DNA of 64,000 nucleotides from Rhizodiscina lignyota (GCA_010015805.1 ML978130.1:372001-436000); one strand, 5' to 3'; positions 35,056-48,180 are shown, counted from the stretch's first letter. Notes: generated from the sequence alone by a model not told the origin. Made by a program: numbers and translations.

Positions 35056-35316
35056 ATGTGTGAGATCACCACTTACAACGGAGCGAAATGCGGACATAAG
35101 CTCAGGGAAAGCTACCTCAGAAAGAGAGGCGACAAATGTCCAATTCCAACTTGTGAACAGCCGACGTTCATAGCGATCAATTACGCCGACTATTGTTGGA
35201 GATGCGAGGAAGCACAGAAGCGCGGAGAAGCTCAAGGCGCAGACAGCAAGGAGGAAGACTCGAACAAACAGCAAGCCGAAAGCTCTGAGCAACAGAAAAA
35301 AGAGCAGCAAACATAG
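35056..35316 (+). CDS. Small Cys-rich protein (MC..CGH..C..C..CxxC) with a charged tail
   Basis: 86 aa; good start context (aagATG) and an upstream TATA box. Confidence 0.65.
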   Translation: MCEITTYNGAKCGHKLRESYLRKRGDKCPIPTCEQPTFIAINYADYCWRCEEAQKRGEAQGADSKEEDSNKQQAESSEQQKKEQQT

Positions 35317-36239
35317 TAGCATCGGCCCAACACCGTCTGTCCTCGATTCCGAACAAACTTTCTACACTCGGAAAACTCCCTGAGAAGTTGCACAATTTGG
35401 TCGGCGGAAAGAACTCGTGCCGCAAGAAGATGTTCTGTGTAACTTGGTCTCGAGATACTAATAGATCAAACCCATCATAATTCCTCATATTTCCCTTGCT
35501 CTTGTCGAGGGCCCTCACATGTGACTTTGAAATTTGAACTTTCCCTGGATAAACACCTCGGTCGCTTGAGAACACATCCACAGAGCTCTCGGCATTGGCA
35601 AGCCTTTCAGTATAACTAAGACGGATTCCACTGCGAACTCATTGAGCAATCAATGGCAGAAATGCAAACAAAGCTCCCATAATGTCATGCCAGCGTTGTG
35701 ATTTTCCGCTCACTGATCCTGAGTGGTAGTACCATATACGTCGAATATAGAGGCCGTCTTGCAAGCATCACTTCACTCCATAGGAGCAGAGTACGATCCT
35801 TGATCGCAACGGGGGAAAATCAATGGCGCCGGTCAAATCTGCAGATTGTACTCGCGTCCTCTGCCTCATCACTCTGGATATAAGGATATATAACGCAAGT
35901 AAGCAGTCAGAAGAAAATTGCGAGATCTTGAAGAGGAAATAGGTAATGTGACAGGGTGGGGCTTGACAAATCCTTTTTAGGAATCCCGGTTTCGCCGAAG
36001 ATCAGGGGACGAAGACACGAGTCACTTCCACGAAATAACATCCATTAAATGACTTTTGCATTAGGTATATCTTCCATTTCTTAAGTTCTTTGAGCCGCCC
36101 TCCTCATCAATCGACGTAATCCGAGGTCTCTTCCCAGGGGTCTCTGTCCGTATGTTATCAATTTCAGCCTGCGCCGTACCTCATCCAGCTTCCACGTAGG
36201 CGTCACTCTCTCGAAGCTCTAGGCTCTAATCAGTACAGC

Positions 36240-37079
36240 ATGCCGACAAAGACTGTACTTGTGACGGGCTGTAGCGCCGGTGGAATCGGGGACGCTCTCG
36301 TACGCGAATTCCATTCACGGGGACTAAATGTCTTTGCGGCAGCTCGCAATGTGTCCAAAATGGCCGAACTCAAAGAAATCGGCATCAACATCCTGGAAAT
36401 GGACGTCACTTCTTCCGCATCAATTGAAGCCGCAGTAGAGATCATCAAGCAGCAGACTGATAATGGGCTTGATTTGCTCATTAACAACGCCGGTGTCAAT
36501 CACGTTCTTCCGTTCTCGGACTGCAGCATCGATGATTTCAGACGGGTTATCGACACCAATGTCATCGGCCTCTTGGCTGTCACGCATGCTTTCTTGCCGC
36601 TGCTGATCAAGGCGAAAGGCACAGTAGCATCAATAGGAAGTGTGAACGAGGTCTTCAATCCCCCATACCAGGTAGCGTACAACGCGAGCAAAGCAGCAGT
36701 CTCCACGATTGGCGACACACTCCGCGTGGAGCTCGCACCACTTGGCGTCAAGGTTGTCACAATCATGACTGGCGCCGTGAAGAGCCAGTTGTTCGAGAAC
36801 CAGGACGCGAAGAATAAGCTACCTGAAGGAAGCTTGTACGCTCTTCTCAAAGAGCGCATTGAGAAGCGGGATTTCTTAGATCACTCCGACTGGACACCAG
36901 CGGCGGATTATGCGAAGGATGTTGCTAACGACCTTCTGGTAGAGAAGCCGAAGCCCGTGCTCTGGCGGGGAGTGCACTCGTCTGTTGCATGGTGGATAAG
37001 CCTCTTAGGTTGGACAGGGATGATGGACGAGCCAATGCTGAAGAGAACTGGATTGAAGGGCCTGAAGGCTCCGAGTTGA
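36240..37079 (+). CDS. Short-chain dehydrogenase/reductase (Ayr1-like)
   Basis: TGCSAGGIG, LINNAG, YNASKAA and RVELAPLGV motifs. Confidence 0.92.
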   Translation: MPTKTVLVTGCSAGGIGDALVREFHSRGLNVFAAARNVSKMAELKEIGINILEMDVTSSASIEAAVEIIKQQTDNGLDLLINNAGVNHVLPFSDCSIDDFRRVIDTNVIGLLAVTHAFLPLLIKAKGTVASIGSVNEVFNPPYQVAYNASKAAVSTIGDTLRVELAPLGVKVVTIMTGAVKSQLFENQDAKNKLPEGSLYALLKERIEKRDFLDHSDWTPAADYAKDVANDLLVEKPKPVLWRGVHSSVAWWISLLGWTGMMDEPMLKRTGLKGLKAPS

Positions 37080-37635
37080 GCAAGTCTAGCAGAGCAGCTA
37101 CCTCATTTCCAGCGTACAACTATGCAAGAAATGTCTTATTTCCTAGTTTGTTCAAGCTCTGTAAATTAACCGCCCCTGATGCAGGAGGATATGTTCGATT
37201 ACACGCGGAGGCTCCGTCTGTGTTGCCGCATACTTGTGAAAATGAGGATATCGAACTATACGGGTTACTTAGGCTCTTAGTTCAGATATAGAAGAGCTTG
37301 TATTCCCCAAATCTGAGCTTCTCCATGCACTGTGTTCTTGAGAGAATAAGAAGAGCAAGTCATCTCGCCGCGACGAGTGTAATGAGACCGAAACTGCGTC
37401 CGGCACAATTTTGGTTTGCGAAGTGGATCGCAGAAGAGAAGAACAATTAAAAAAGAGAGGGCGCTCTCATAATTCCGGCGGACCCGGCACTGCCACTCTC
37501 TACGAAAGAATAAGTGTATATAAACAAATGTCTATTATTACGAGCTTAAAGTAAGTTTAAGCGTTTCGCTCTATTTCTTTAATCTATCGAAGAATGCTCT
37601 AGCGTATTAAAGTATGTCTATTATATCATGAGAAT

Positions 37636-39508
37636 CTAAGAATACTGTTCCACGATCCTAGCTGCAGCTAGCTCCGCGATGCCATACACCATGGTCTGCA
37701 GATGCGCTGAAGGCTGTATAGGAATGACTGACGAGTCCACGATCCTAAGATTGCTTGTGCCGTACACGAGCAGATTCGGATCCACGACTCCGCCGTCGCT
37801 CTTTGGCAACATGGCGCAGGTCCCGAGCGGATGGTAAATACTCAGCGTCGTGTTGCGCGCAAACTCCTCCCACTGCGCGTCGGTCTGCACGGCCATTCCT
37901 GGCTCGTACTCTTCCTGCCATGTGTATCGTAGAGCTGGCGTCTCTGCGATCTTACGACTGAACTTGGTTGCTTGAGTGATGGCTTCCACGTCGTAACTCT
38001 TGCTGAGGTACTTGGGATCGATTACCGGCTTGCCGGCTGGGCTCGTCGAGTTAACGTGAACTGACCCGCGCGAGAATGGGTGCATGATGATACTGATCAG
38101 GGTGAAGAAGTGCGAGTCGTAGTCCGGCGAACCGACCGGAGGCGGGCCTTTGACGCCAGTGTAGCCATCAGAAAAGATGACTTCAACTTCAGGCACTTGA
38201 TTCCCAAGCGAGGAATTGGTGTAGTACTGCAACTTCCTCTGATCAATGACATTGCCGGGCTCGGCTGATTGCTTGGCGAGACTGATGATGTAGCTGTCGT
38301 TGCCTCCCAGGGCTTGCTTCCAAGTCGCGTACATGTAACCTGACCCAGTATAGTCGTACTCGGACACCTTGTCCTGCTCCCATAGTGCTAGCTGCTGAGC
38401 AGCGTACGTGGCGTTGGTGCGAAGCTCGTCGAAAGAAGTGTAGTTGTCTTTGAGCTTATACGAGTTCTGGACGCGGATGTGATCCTGCAGGTTTTCGCCA
38501 ACTCCGGTGAGATTGAGCACAGTGGCGATTCCCGCAGCTGAGAGCACAGCTGGCTGTCCGATACCTGAGAGTTCCAGAAGCTGTGGGGATGAAAAGGCTC
38601 CTGCAGACAGGATGACCTCTTTGTTGGCCTTGATCTGGGTGCCATTGATCATGACGCCTGTAGCCACAATTGACTTCCCTGACTTTTTCGTCGTAATCTT
38701 TGAGACTGTGCTGTTGACCATGACGTGCAGATTGGACCCGGCCAACAGCAGATACTCGGGGGCATACGATCGTGTGTAGTTGGAGGCCCGGAGGTTGCTC
38801 GGCTGGTACATGACACCAATCGGATTGCCATCAAGCGAGTTAAGATTGTGCGGGATTCCAAGACTCTGCAACGCCGGGATGAAGCCTTGTTGCTGGGCTG
38901 GAATGATCCGGTTGATTAATGTTTGGATGGGTCCGCCCTGGCCGACGCCCTTGCCACCGTACTCGGTCTCATCTTCTTTGGTGTTTTGAAAGTTCTCAAC
39001 CTTGAGCATGGCCGCGATGAAGTTCTTCCAGTTCCATCCTGCGTTTCCGAGAGCTTGCCAGGCGTCGTAGTCGGGGGTGCTCCCTCGATCCCATGTCATC
39101 AGATTCAGCGCAGAGCTTCCACCGAGCACTTTGCCACGGTCTGCCCCGATGACGCGGTCGAGAAGATTGGGCTGCGGCACAGTCGTAAAGTTCCAGTCGA
39201 GCGGCCCTCCAAGAGTGCTCCCCTTCCTTCCTGGAACATTGATGCCCTGGTTGTCTGGTTGGGCTGGCCCTGCTTCGACGACCAGTATACAATCATTGGA
39301 AAGGCCGTTGGAGAGGCGCGCAGCCAGAGCCAAGCCAGCAGTGCCGCCGCCGACGATTACCTGGACAACGAGTTAGATGGGATGCTCGTCTTGGTTTTCA
39401 ATTGTCTAGACGCACGAAGTCATACTCAGTAGAAGACTGGCACGCCTTGGCAGACACAAGGCCAGCTGCGGCGAACGCGAGAGCAAGGACACTCCACGAG
39501 GAACGCAT
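37636..39508 (-). CDS. Secreted GMC oxidoreductase (AA3-type)
   Basis: Signal peptide, YDF/VIVGGGTAG across intron 39361-39415, GKVLGGSSALN, VGENLQDH, YHPLGTC. Confidence 0.93.
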
Positions 39509-40546
39509 GCTTGCTGCAGCGGAGGGCGTGTACAGTCCCAACAGAAGGGAGCAAGTCACCTCCAAACCTGCAGACGTGCTGTAGTAGTGTTGGGGGTAAC
39601 AGGTTCGATGCAGGAACGCAGACGGGTCTCATGCATTGTTATGGGAACCATAAGTATGGTACTCGTACGAACTGCCGAATGGATATTTCTGGCTCGGCCG
39701 CTCAACCTGGTAGAAGGGCCATGGCCAATTGGCCACTCATGTCGGCGGCATCCACAGTCTGTGCAGTCTATAAAGAGCTTGGGACCTGGTGATCCCGCCC
39801 CGTACCTTCGACTCCGAAGAGCTGGGAGGCTGGAGCAGGGAATATCTAAGTGGCTAGGCCTGCACGAGCAGGACACTGGCCGGTGCCACGGGTCTAAGCC
39901 TCATGCGAAAGGTGTCATGTATATTAAGCCCATGCCATGTCGATAGGTTCGTCTTGTTGAGGTTTAACTGAGGCAATGCGCATGGTCCGAAATCTGCTTT
40001 ATTAGCTGCCAAGCAGCCAAGTTTTTAAGCTCCCGTCTGTTCACAGCACAGACCGGGTCGGGGACATAAATCATCTAGTATTCGACAGCAGAATATGCAG
40101 GAGAAGAGCAGGCGCGCCAGGCTAAGTGAGGTGTCGCAATCTCCGACCCCCGGTCAATCCTCCCCAGATCAATCCTCCCTGTATCCTGGGGTCTTCCACC
40201 GGGCCGCTTCCAAAGCACAACGATCCGAATCCGCCTGGGGAACGCTAAGTCGAGAAAGGGAGGATGAATGCCCATATACGATATGCCAGTAGGTAGGGCA
40301 GCAGTAAAACGCAACCCTATTACCACATGCCCGGAGACGTTGATGGATTGAGTTTGTTGAACCAGGTTTCATTAATAATGACCCCGAACGCCTCTTGTCC
40401 TGCGCCCCTAACAATCTTGAGATATCCTCGCGCCTCAGGCCTTTACGTCGATCTTTGTCTATAGAATGTAGACCTGCGCACTCATGGCCATTGTTGTCTC
40501 TGATTGACGGGCGCCACCTCGGTGTCGGACCTTTCAACAAGCAGGA

Positions 40547-41938
40547 ATGGCTGGTGAAGCCAACAACGGCAACCCCGGACTCGTACTCTTGCTACTCGCC
40601 AGCATCCTCACCGTCTTCTCTATATTCTTCACTACTATCCGGATCGTCAGGCGGTACCAAAAGCGAGCGCTTGGCTGGGACGATTATACAATCTTACTTG
40701 CGACGATACTCGCAATTGGACGGACCGTTACTCAGATTGTCAGCGTACCGCGCGGCAACGGCAAGCATCGCAGCGAACTTTCTGTTGATGACTATCAGTT
40801 TGTCAATTTTTGCGGGTACGTCCATTTCTCTCGCCCTGGGTCATTCAGTTCTTTGCTAGCTACTCAATGATACGTCAGCCAATGTAGTCGTTTGGAGTAT
40901 GATTACGCAATGAATTGCTGATGGCTTCCTTTCAGATGGTTGACGCAGCTCTTGCTCTTCCCTATTTTGGGCCTAATCAAGACGTCAATCTGCATCCTCG
41001 TTTTGCGCATCAAGGACACCAAAGGCTTGCGCATAGCCCTATGGTGTGTCGTATTGGGCCTAATCTTGACCAATCTCCTGCCCGAAGTCATTCTGCTCGC
41101 AGAATGCAGTCCTGTCGATGCATACTGGAAAAGCGAGTCAACCAAGTGCTGGGACCCCAGGGTCCGGATCTACTCCATCTATCTGCAGACCGCATACTCG
41201 GTCGCAACGGACCTGATGTGTTCCTTGCTTCCAGTGTATGTTGTATGGGGTCTCAAGATGAACATTCGTAAAAAGGTTGGCATCGTTGGGCTCATGAGCC
41301 TTGGGTTAATGTAAGCATTGTGTCTATAGCCACACGTTTGGGAGTGCATGCTGACGACTTACAGCTCCACTGCCTTTGCTCTCGTGAGAGCGGCGAGCCT
41401 GGGCATTGTAACTACCGATCTCTCTTGGGAGTACTGCTGGGCTGCCATCTGGGGGGACATTGAAGTGAGTCGTCCTGCTGCTGAACGCTCTGGGCGGCTA
41501 TGTGCTGACTGTCTGCTCTCGCAGCTCCATCTTGGTATCATTGCTGCTGACCTCGCCGTCGTCTGGCGCATATTTTACCGCGTCGTTGGTGGAGGAGATA
41601 CTACTCGCTCCGACACTCCCGGCCACAGTCGTAGCGCTCTACGGTCCACACCACCGAAGCCATTGGGCCTGGAGAACCTCAATGGCTGGAACAGCGAGAA
41701 CTATGTCCAGATCAGCCATGGCAGAAGAGACTCGTCGCCTGTTAGCGACAACAGCAAATCGCCGTTTGGTATTCAGAAGGAGGTCGACTATACCGTGGTG
41801 GATACGAATAAGTCGGAGGAAGGTCATATTTATGAGATAGGCGATCCGAGGACCACTTATGAATTGGACCAATACCCACCAGCGCGGCTTGGGCCCACGC
41901 GACCATATCCAAATCTCCCTGCCGGGAGGGCGTTGTGA
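40547..41938 (+). CDS. PTH11-like (rhodopsin-domain) integral membrane protein
   Basis: LGWDD, GNGKH, IKTSI, ECSPVDAYW and TD...LLP...W.L.M..RKK motifs; introns 40816-40935, 41311-41364, 41465-41524. Confidence 0.88.
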
Positions 41939-43285
41939 CGAATAGTGTACAAAAGCATCTTGTTTTGAAATGTTACAAAATGACACGGGAAAGCGCCTCG
42001 TTAACTGGTTACGAAATGGGAAGGGCATTTAATGAGGCCTCGGACAGCTCGCGGGCGAAGCGGCGAATTCGGAAGTATAGTCAGCCGGGAGGAAGACAGA
42101 GCTCTCATGCCCAGGCAGGTCAGAGTAGTTATTTATTTGCTCAGAAGGGCATTCTAACATCATGTTCGATTCACCCGACTGGCACAAGCTCTTTTTGTTG
42201 GTCAGTGACCGCAGCTATTTCATCGGCGTCGGTCGTTGATTTGCGCTCGCAAAGAAGCACCAACTCAATCTCAGATTCCTTTCTACGTAGGATCTACTTG
42301 GCTCGAACCTGAGTCCATCGAGATGCCGAGAAGAACCTTCTCTGGCTCGAGGTGTACTAAAGACGAACGATGCTTGTTGGTATGTACGCTGCGGGGATCG
42401 AAAACCGACTCCACGTCTCCTCGTAGTGATCCATGGGACCGAGAGCTCGGTCGCTAGAGTAGTGAGGTAACTTGAGCTGCGAAGGACAGAGAACTTATGG
42501 AGGCTGATATTGTCCTGTCGTCGACTTTGCAGTCAGGTGATGTACCTCGAAACAATTAGCAAATCAAATCGTTGAAGACTCCAAAAACATGCGTCTAAGA
42601 ACCTGGCCCGGGGTGGTCATGTGCTTAGCTTTCTCTAAGTATGCATGCAAACCAGATCCTAGTCGAGCTGAGAAGAGACTTGATGTTATTGTTTTCTAAG
42701 TCAACGGGGCTGTATCGATGAACTAAACAGGATGTGGGCGCGGTCACTTTCTCCTCGTCCTCGATATGTAACAGGTATGAAAAGAAGTGGGCGGGCCAGG
42801 GGGCCGGGACGTTCGGAAAAGGGCAAATTCCTTGGGCCGACATACGATAGCTGCACGGACGATCCTTCGCCTCTGACGTCCAACCCTTCGTTAATTTCGA
42901 AATGCGAACTTTTGTTAATAAATTCAGTCTGCTCATCATTGCCTATGCTCCTTTCCGAACCCAGAGTGTCTAGATTTTGCAGTTTTGCCGTCATTGCGTT
43001 CAGCTCCAAGCCCTCTCGTATTGTATCCCAGGCTTCCAAACCCTTTCTTGGAAGGCGTAAATAGGCCAAATGAGTCTGGACATATCTTTCAGAATGGGCC
43101 TTGGCTTGTGAACGATCTTCTTCAAAAGCCTGAGGCCTCGATCTAGTCCCATTTATGTCCTGCGCTTAATCGAGATCTACAGAAGTTGGCGACCCGAGTA
43201 ATGCATTTTACCGTACAGCACTAGTAACAGAGATCCGGACTCCAGCAGTGGTGTGAATGTATCCACACCAGCAAGAGGTTCAAAC

Positions 43286-44641
43286 ATGCCGGTTCTCCTT
43301 CGGTCCAAAGATGCTCCCGGCCGCAAACGGAGGGCGCACGCGAAGTCAAGACGCGGTTGTGGAAACTGCAAACTCCGGAGAGTCAAGGTATGTGCAGCTT
43401 CATTTAGGTAGCACGACTATTTCACCCTCGTGGCGTGTGCCAGTTGATGAATCGTATGAGTAGTGCGATGAATTAAAGCCTAGTTGCATGAACTGTATGA
43501 GCTTTGGTGTTTCATGCAATTATGCTCAAAACTCCTCGAGCCTCGAACTTGCGGGGGAAAGCGTCTTCCAACTCCAGACCCATTCCCCACAATCGTTATC
43601 TCTAAATGAGACAATGCGGAACATGATCAACAAGTCTCTCATGCAGGTATCTCCTGCAGGCGGCGTCGACGTTTACCAGTTAACTGAAGACGACCTCCAA
43701 GTACTCGAGAGATGTCAAGCTCGGACGATATCATCGTTAGCCGAAGAAAAAACCGTCCATATATACCGAGCTGAGGGGTTGAAACTTACGTGCTGTGTAA
43801 GTGACATAAGCGTTTATGCTCCTAGGTATTTGCACTGATGGGAAGATATGTCTAGCATCCATTCCTGATGCATGCCACATTAGCGATTGCCATGATGCAC
43901 GAGCGAGTCATGGCCGGGAAGACGTTCAAAGAACAGAGTACGGCGGAGATCTATCACTCGTATCAAGCTACAGCGACATTCAGAAGCAAGCTGTCGGGGC
44001 CTCTTACGCCTTCAGAACGTGATGCTCTGTGGATTGCTACTGTTCTCTTAAGTACAATGTCCCTTGCCTCCATTGATGCTACAGCACCTGAAGAAGCATG
44101 GCCGCTCATGTCCTCTTTTCCCACCGATCTCGACTGGTTGGAGATGATCCAAGGGAAGAACGTAGTCTGGAAAATTGCAGATCTTGCAAGACCGGACAGT
44201 GCTGTTGGGCGCATGGTGATCGGATTTAAGGACTCCAGACTGCAGGCTGTTGCGAAAGATGCAAGCGGGCTGCAAGCTCTACCGCAGGAGCTCCTAGAAC
44301 TACTCGGCCTCGACACATGTGTGGTAACCAAGAACAACCCGTACTATCGCGCCGCTCTTTGTCTTGGAAATCTATTCGGAGAGGAATGCAATATTGCGAC
44401 GCTTGCACTATTCTACGTTTGGATAATGTCCATGGAAGCGGAATTCAAACAGCTGCTGCGACGGAAAGACCCGCGTGCGCTTCTGCTTCTTGCATACTGG
44501 TTTAGAAAGGTCCGAAGCCGCCACGTCTGGTTTCTGTGGCAGAGATCTGTGCTGGAGTGTCAGGCAATCTGCACATACCTAGAGCAGAATCATTCTGATA
44601 TGCCACACCTGGAGAACTTGTTACTGGGACTGCGCTATTGA
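43286..44641 (+). CDS. Zn2Cys6 transcription factor
   Basis: RRAHAKSRRGCGNCKLRRVK/CDELKPSCMNCMSFGVSCNY, HPFLMHA and DPRALLLLAYW; introns 43388-43463, 43797-43855. Confidence 0.88.
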
Positions 44642-44933
44642 GTTGTGGGTGCGTGCGCGGAGAACAATAGCGACTCTCCCTCTAATCCCTGTTGACACAA
44701 CACACAATAGCTGTTGATTCCGCGGGCAATTAGGAGCTCGTTTCAGCTTTACTATATAAACTTTCCTCTCTTCCTCAACTCTCCTTCTCTCCTTCGTTGA
44801 ACTTGCAAACAAAATTGTGCTGGCCACATTTTTTTCTCACCAACTCTCATCACACAAACCAATTCTCACTACCAAACCTCCAAACACCTCACCTCCAACT
44901 CTCACCACCTCACCTCCAAACACCTCACCAACA

Positions 44934-45572
44934 ATGCTCTTCCTCATTCTCCGCGCCCTGGCTCCCATTGCCGTCGCCGATCTCGGCTTGTCCGAGTTCG
45001 GCAGGGCTGTGTTCGACTACCTCCTCCTCGCCCTCTTCCTCCTACGCCTCCTTCTGGCTTTCGGCTGGCCACTATCAAAGGCCATTCACTTTCTCGCTGC
45101 GGCTGGCAGCCGCTACGCCGTCGTCTACACTCTCGCCGCGCTCGGCATAACCATCTATCACGGCGACCCGACCCCCGAACACCACCACACTCCTCCTCCA
45201 CCACCACCACCAATCGACTACGACTACTTCGGAGAGGCAGAGTGCGATATGAGCGAGGAATTCATCAACGGGTACTTCTGCATCCAGCCTCCTCACTACC
45301 GCAACGTTCGCGTCAGCGGGTCGTGGTACCGCCTTCCGTCCATGTGCGACAGGGTCGGCTGCCGTCACCACGGCGCCGACAAGGTTGCATACGGAATGGG
45401 AGGGGGTAATGCGACCTTCGCTGATGAGGACCCGGTAGTGGGGAAGCTTCGCTTGCAGAGGCGGCCCATTGTCAACATGCGGACGAAGGAACGAGCACGC
45501 CGGCGCGCGTTGCTCGCGGGAGAGAGCAAGGCGTGGAGGGACGAGGACGTGATCCGCTGGATCCGCAACTAG
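44934..45572 (+). CDS. Hypothetical membrane protein with poly-Pro and Cys-containing tail
   Basis: GC-rich coding-like ORF with a hydrophobic N-terminus; TATAAA at about 44755 and a CT/CA-rich leader. Confidence 0.5.
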   Translation: MLFLILRALAPIAVADLGLSEFGRAVFDYLLLALFLLRLLLAFGWPLSKAIHFLAAAGSRYAVVYTLAALGITIYHGDPTPEHHHTPPPPPPPIDYDYFGEAECDMSEEFINGYFCIQPPHYRNVRVSGSWYRLPSMCDRVGCRHHGADKVAYGMGGGNATFADEDPVVGKLRLQRRPIVNMRTKERARRRALLAGESKAWRDEDVIRWIRN

Positions 45573-45620
45573 TTAGATTTCCGGTGGTTGTTTTGTGGCG
45601 CTCGGTGGAGTTTTAGATTT

Positions 45621-46523
45621 GATTGAATTGAAACTCCGCAATCGCGTGCGGAGCTTGCTCTCTTGAACACTTTGACTTTACTATGATGCTTGAACTTGTG
45701 TGATGTCAGGATAGAAAGGATTCTATGCCTAATTGAATACAGCCTGCATACGTGGCTGTGGAGCCTGCCTCTGTCATACACTTTGCTTTCGCTGTAAAGC
45801 TTAAGGCTTTGCATTGTAATGGTGTAGCTGATACTGCGTATAATTGAATATAACCTGCGTATATCGCTGTGAAGCCTGCCCTTTATAAACAATTTGCCTA
45901 GTAGTAAGCTTAAGGCGCTACATCATAAAGCTCAACCGGATTCCCAATGCGATTGAATACTACCTCCATATACGCCGGCGAAGCATGCTCTCTGAAACTT
46001 CTTCGCCTAGCGTTGAAGCTCGAGTCTTGTATTGTAAAGGCCAACCGAACTCCAGATGAGATGGAATGCGACCTTTGATAGATATAGCGGCGAACCGTTC
46101 TCTGTATAAATAGTTTGCCTAGTAGCAAAGCTCAAGTCTGTATGATCAAAGTCAACTGAACTACCAGTAAGATTGAAAGCTAGACACCTTACCTTGTGAA
46201 GGTCAACTGGAATCCCAATATGATTGAATGCTACCTCCACACACAGCAATGAAGCATACCCTTCACAACCACCCTGGCACGGTGAAGCTTAAAGGCATTA
46301 TATTGCAAAGATTAAACGGACTCCACATGGGATTGAATACTACCTTCGCATACAGTGGCGAAGCATGCTCTGTATAACCGCTTTGCCTAGTAGTGAAGCT
46401 CAAGGTCTTATATTATAAAGGTTAACCAAACTCCCAGTAGGAAGGAATGCTACCTTTATACACAGTGGCGAAGCGTGCTCTTTATAAAATGTATCGCGAT
46501 GAGCTTCGAGTCTTCGCACGGCT
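45621..46523. repeat. Degenerate non-coding tandem array, ~110-bp unit, 9 copies (one internally deleted, last one partial)
   Basis: RATTGAAT-like unit starts at 45621, 45731, 45842, 45951, 46060, 46171, 46222, 46331, 46441; shared internal GAAGCATGCTC, TTTGCCTAGTAG and AAGCT motifs. Confidence 0.88.
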
Positions 46524-48007
46524 TATAAAACAACACTTCCCATTCCAGCTCTCTCCAAGTCCTCAGCATCTGCGTTTGGACTTGGTAAGACGCCTTCCGC
46601 GAACTTCTCTCTCGCATCATCAAGGCGTCCATACGCTTTGGGATTCTTCTTCGGCTCTCCCCTACCTTCTGATTTGAACTGGTACCCGCGTACTCTTGGT
46701 CCTTGTCCTGTCGTATCCCGGAGCTCCGGTTCGTAGTACTTTTCAAATGCAGCTTTATCCTCTTCGAAAGTGTCTTTTGCAATGCTCTTTCTCACCCCCG
46801 CAAAGAACTGATCCAGAATGCGATGATTGTGAATCTGAAGGAGTACCCACGCAAGCATCTCCCGAGCTGAAAGAAGATGATGCAAGAATGCTCGATGGTG
46901 ATTTCTGCAGGAGTAGCATTCACAACTTGGCGCCAGAGGAGAAGTATCAGCAGCATGCTCATCAAGCCAACCGTCCGTTCCGAGTGGTTTCGGAGAGTTT
47001 CCGTTCACTTGGGAGGGAGGAGGAAATTCGAAATCGAGTGCAATACCGGCATCCGTCGCAGTGCCGATGAATGGTACAGTAAATATGTCAACACCCAACG
47101 AGATTTCGAGCAGGAGTTTCGTCGGACCGTTGGGTTCAGATAAGGCCAGTCGAGGCAATGCTGATAACTCTTGCGGTATATGAAGCAGAGATTCGGCATC
47201 ATATACCGTGAAACCCGAAACCTGATGTTTTAAATCATCGTCTAGGAGCTGATTTATGTAGTACGACTGAAGCTGGCTCTCGATCGGCAAGATTGGCGCA
47301 AAGATATGGGGAAGTGACCCTTTCTCTCCGTCGTCGTCTTGACAATATTGTATTAATGTTCTCGTCCACGCGCCTGTTCTATCTCCCATCTTGTCAATTC
47401 GTTTCGAGCTGATTTGTCCCTTATCATACATGATATCGGCTAATCCAACCGCAATATCGGGCTTTAACCGCTGAACAGCTGCCGCGTAGTCGGTGGCATC
47501 CACCTGTCGGAAACCAACCGATGTCAAAATCGACACTGCTGTATTTGTATTGGCTTTTGCACATGGCACTGGTGGCGTTCGTCGCGCTCCGAGGATGGTC
47601 AGGATGTCATGTGGAAGACCGCAGTAGCTCGTCAATGGGCTCGCATTGTTTAACGATGGGGTCTGGAATATCGGGGGAACTGCTTCAGGGGATTTCTCTA
47701 TAACTTGGAAACTTTAGCCAATGTCTATATCAGCCTGGAGTTCCAGGAAGGATTCGCAAAGCCTACAATCTTCCAGCGCAAGGTATACTCCACCAAGGCT
47801 CGTTTTCGCGTGGAGGTTGTCTGGTGAGAGATGCGGAACCACCCCCCGCGAAGTATTTCCAATGAAACAAGGTGTATCAATTATTTTCTTGCCCGGCAAT
47901 GCAAGCCTCCCAAGCCTTGGAGCAGCTGCAGTCGCCGCTTTGAGAATCGTAAAGGCGAGCATCTCGTCCGGGAGTTGAGTAAACTTTGCAGGAATCTGCG
48001 CGGCCAT
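46523..48007 (-). CDS. QTRT2: Queuine tRNA-ribosyltransferase accessory subunit
   Basis: RLGRL, TP.F...TSRGVVPHL, CECYSC..HHRAFLHHLL.AREML..VLLQIHN; intron 47704-47766. Confidence 0.88.
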
Positions 48008-48180
48008 ATCGTCGAGTAGGACTTATGAGTCTTCTTGCCAATATTGAAGGCAAGACATCTAGCAAGAAATAGAATTTCCAATAAAAGATTTGCCCAGTAA
48101 ACTAAACTCTTTGGTGTCGTCTTCCTCCCTCACACTTTTCGAAGTCGCAAGCGCGGAAAATCTTTCATGCGGCGCTCACG

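Noticed and set aside
37378..37635. Possible solo LTR or RIP-affected AT-rich segment
   Set aside because: No second copy, TSD or clear TG...CA boundary in the window
42625..43069. Protein-like minus-strand ORFs of 104-122 aa
   Set aside because: No recognisable motif and no coherent gene model
45621..46523. Array interpreted as CRISPR, 5S rDNA or a repeat-protein gene
   Set aside because: Eukaryotic context with no cas genes; whole units are homologous with no unique spacers; no 5S similarity recognised; period not in frame
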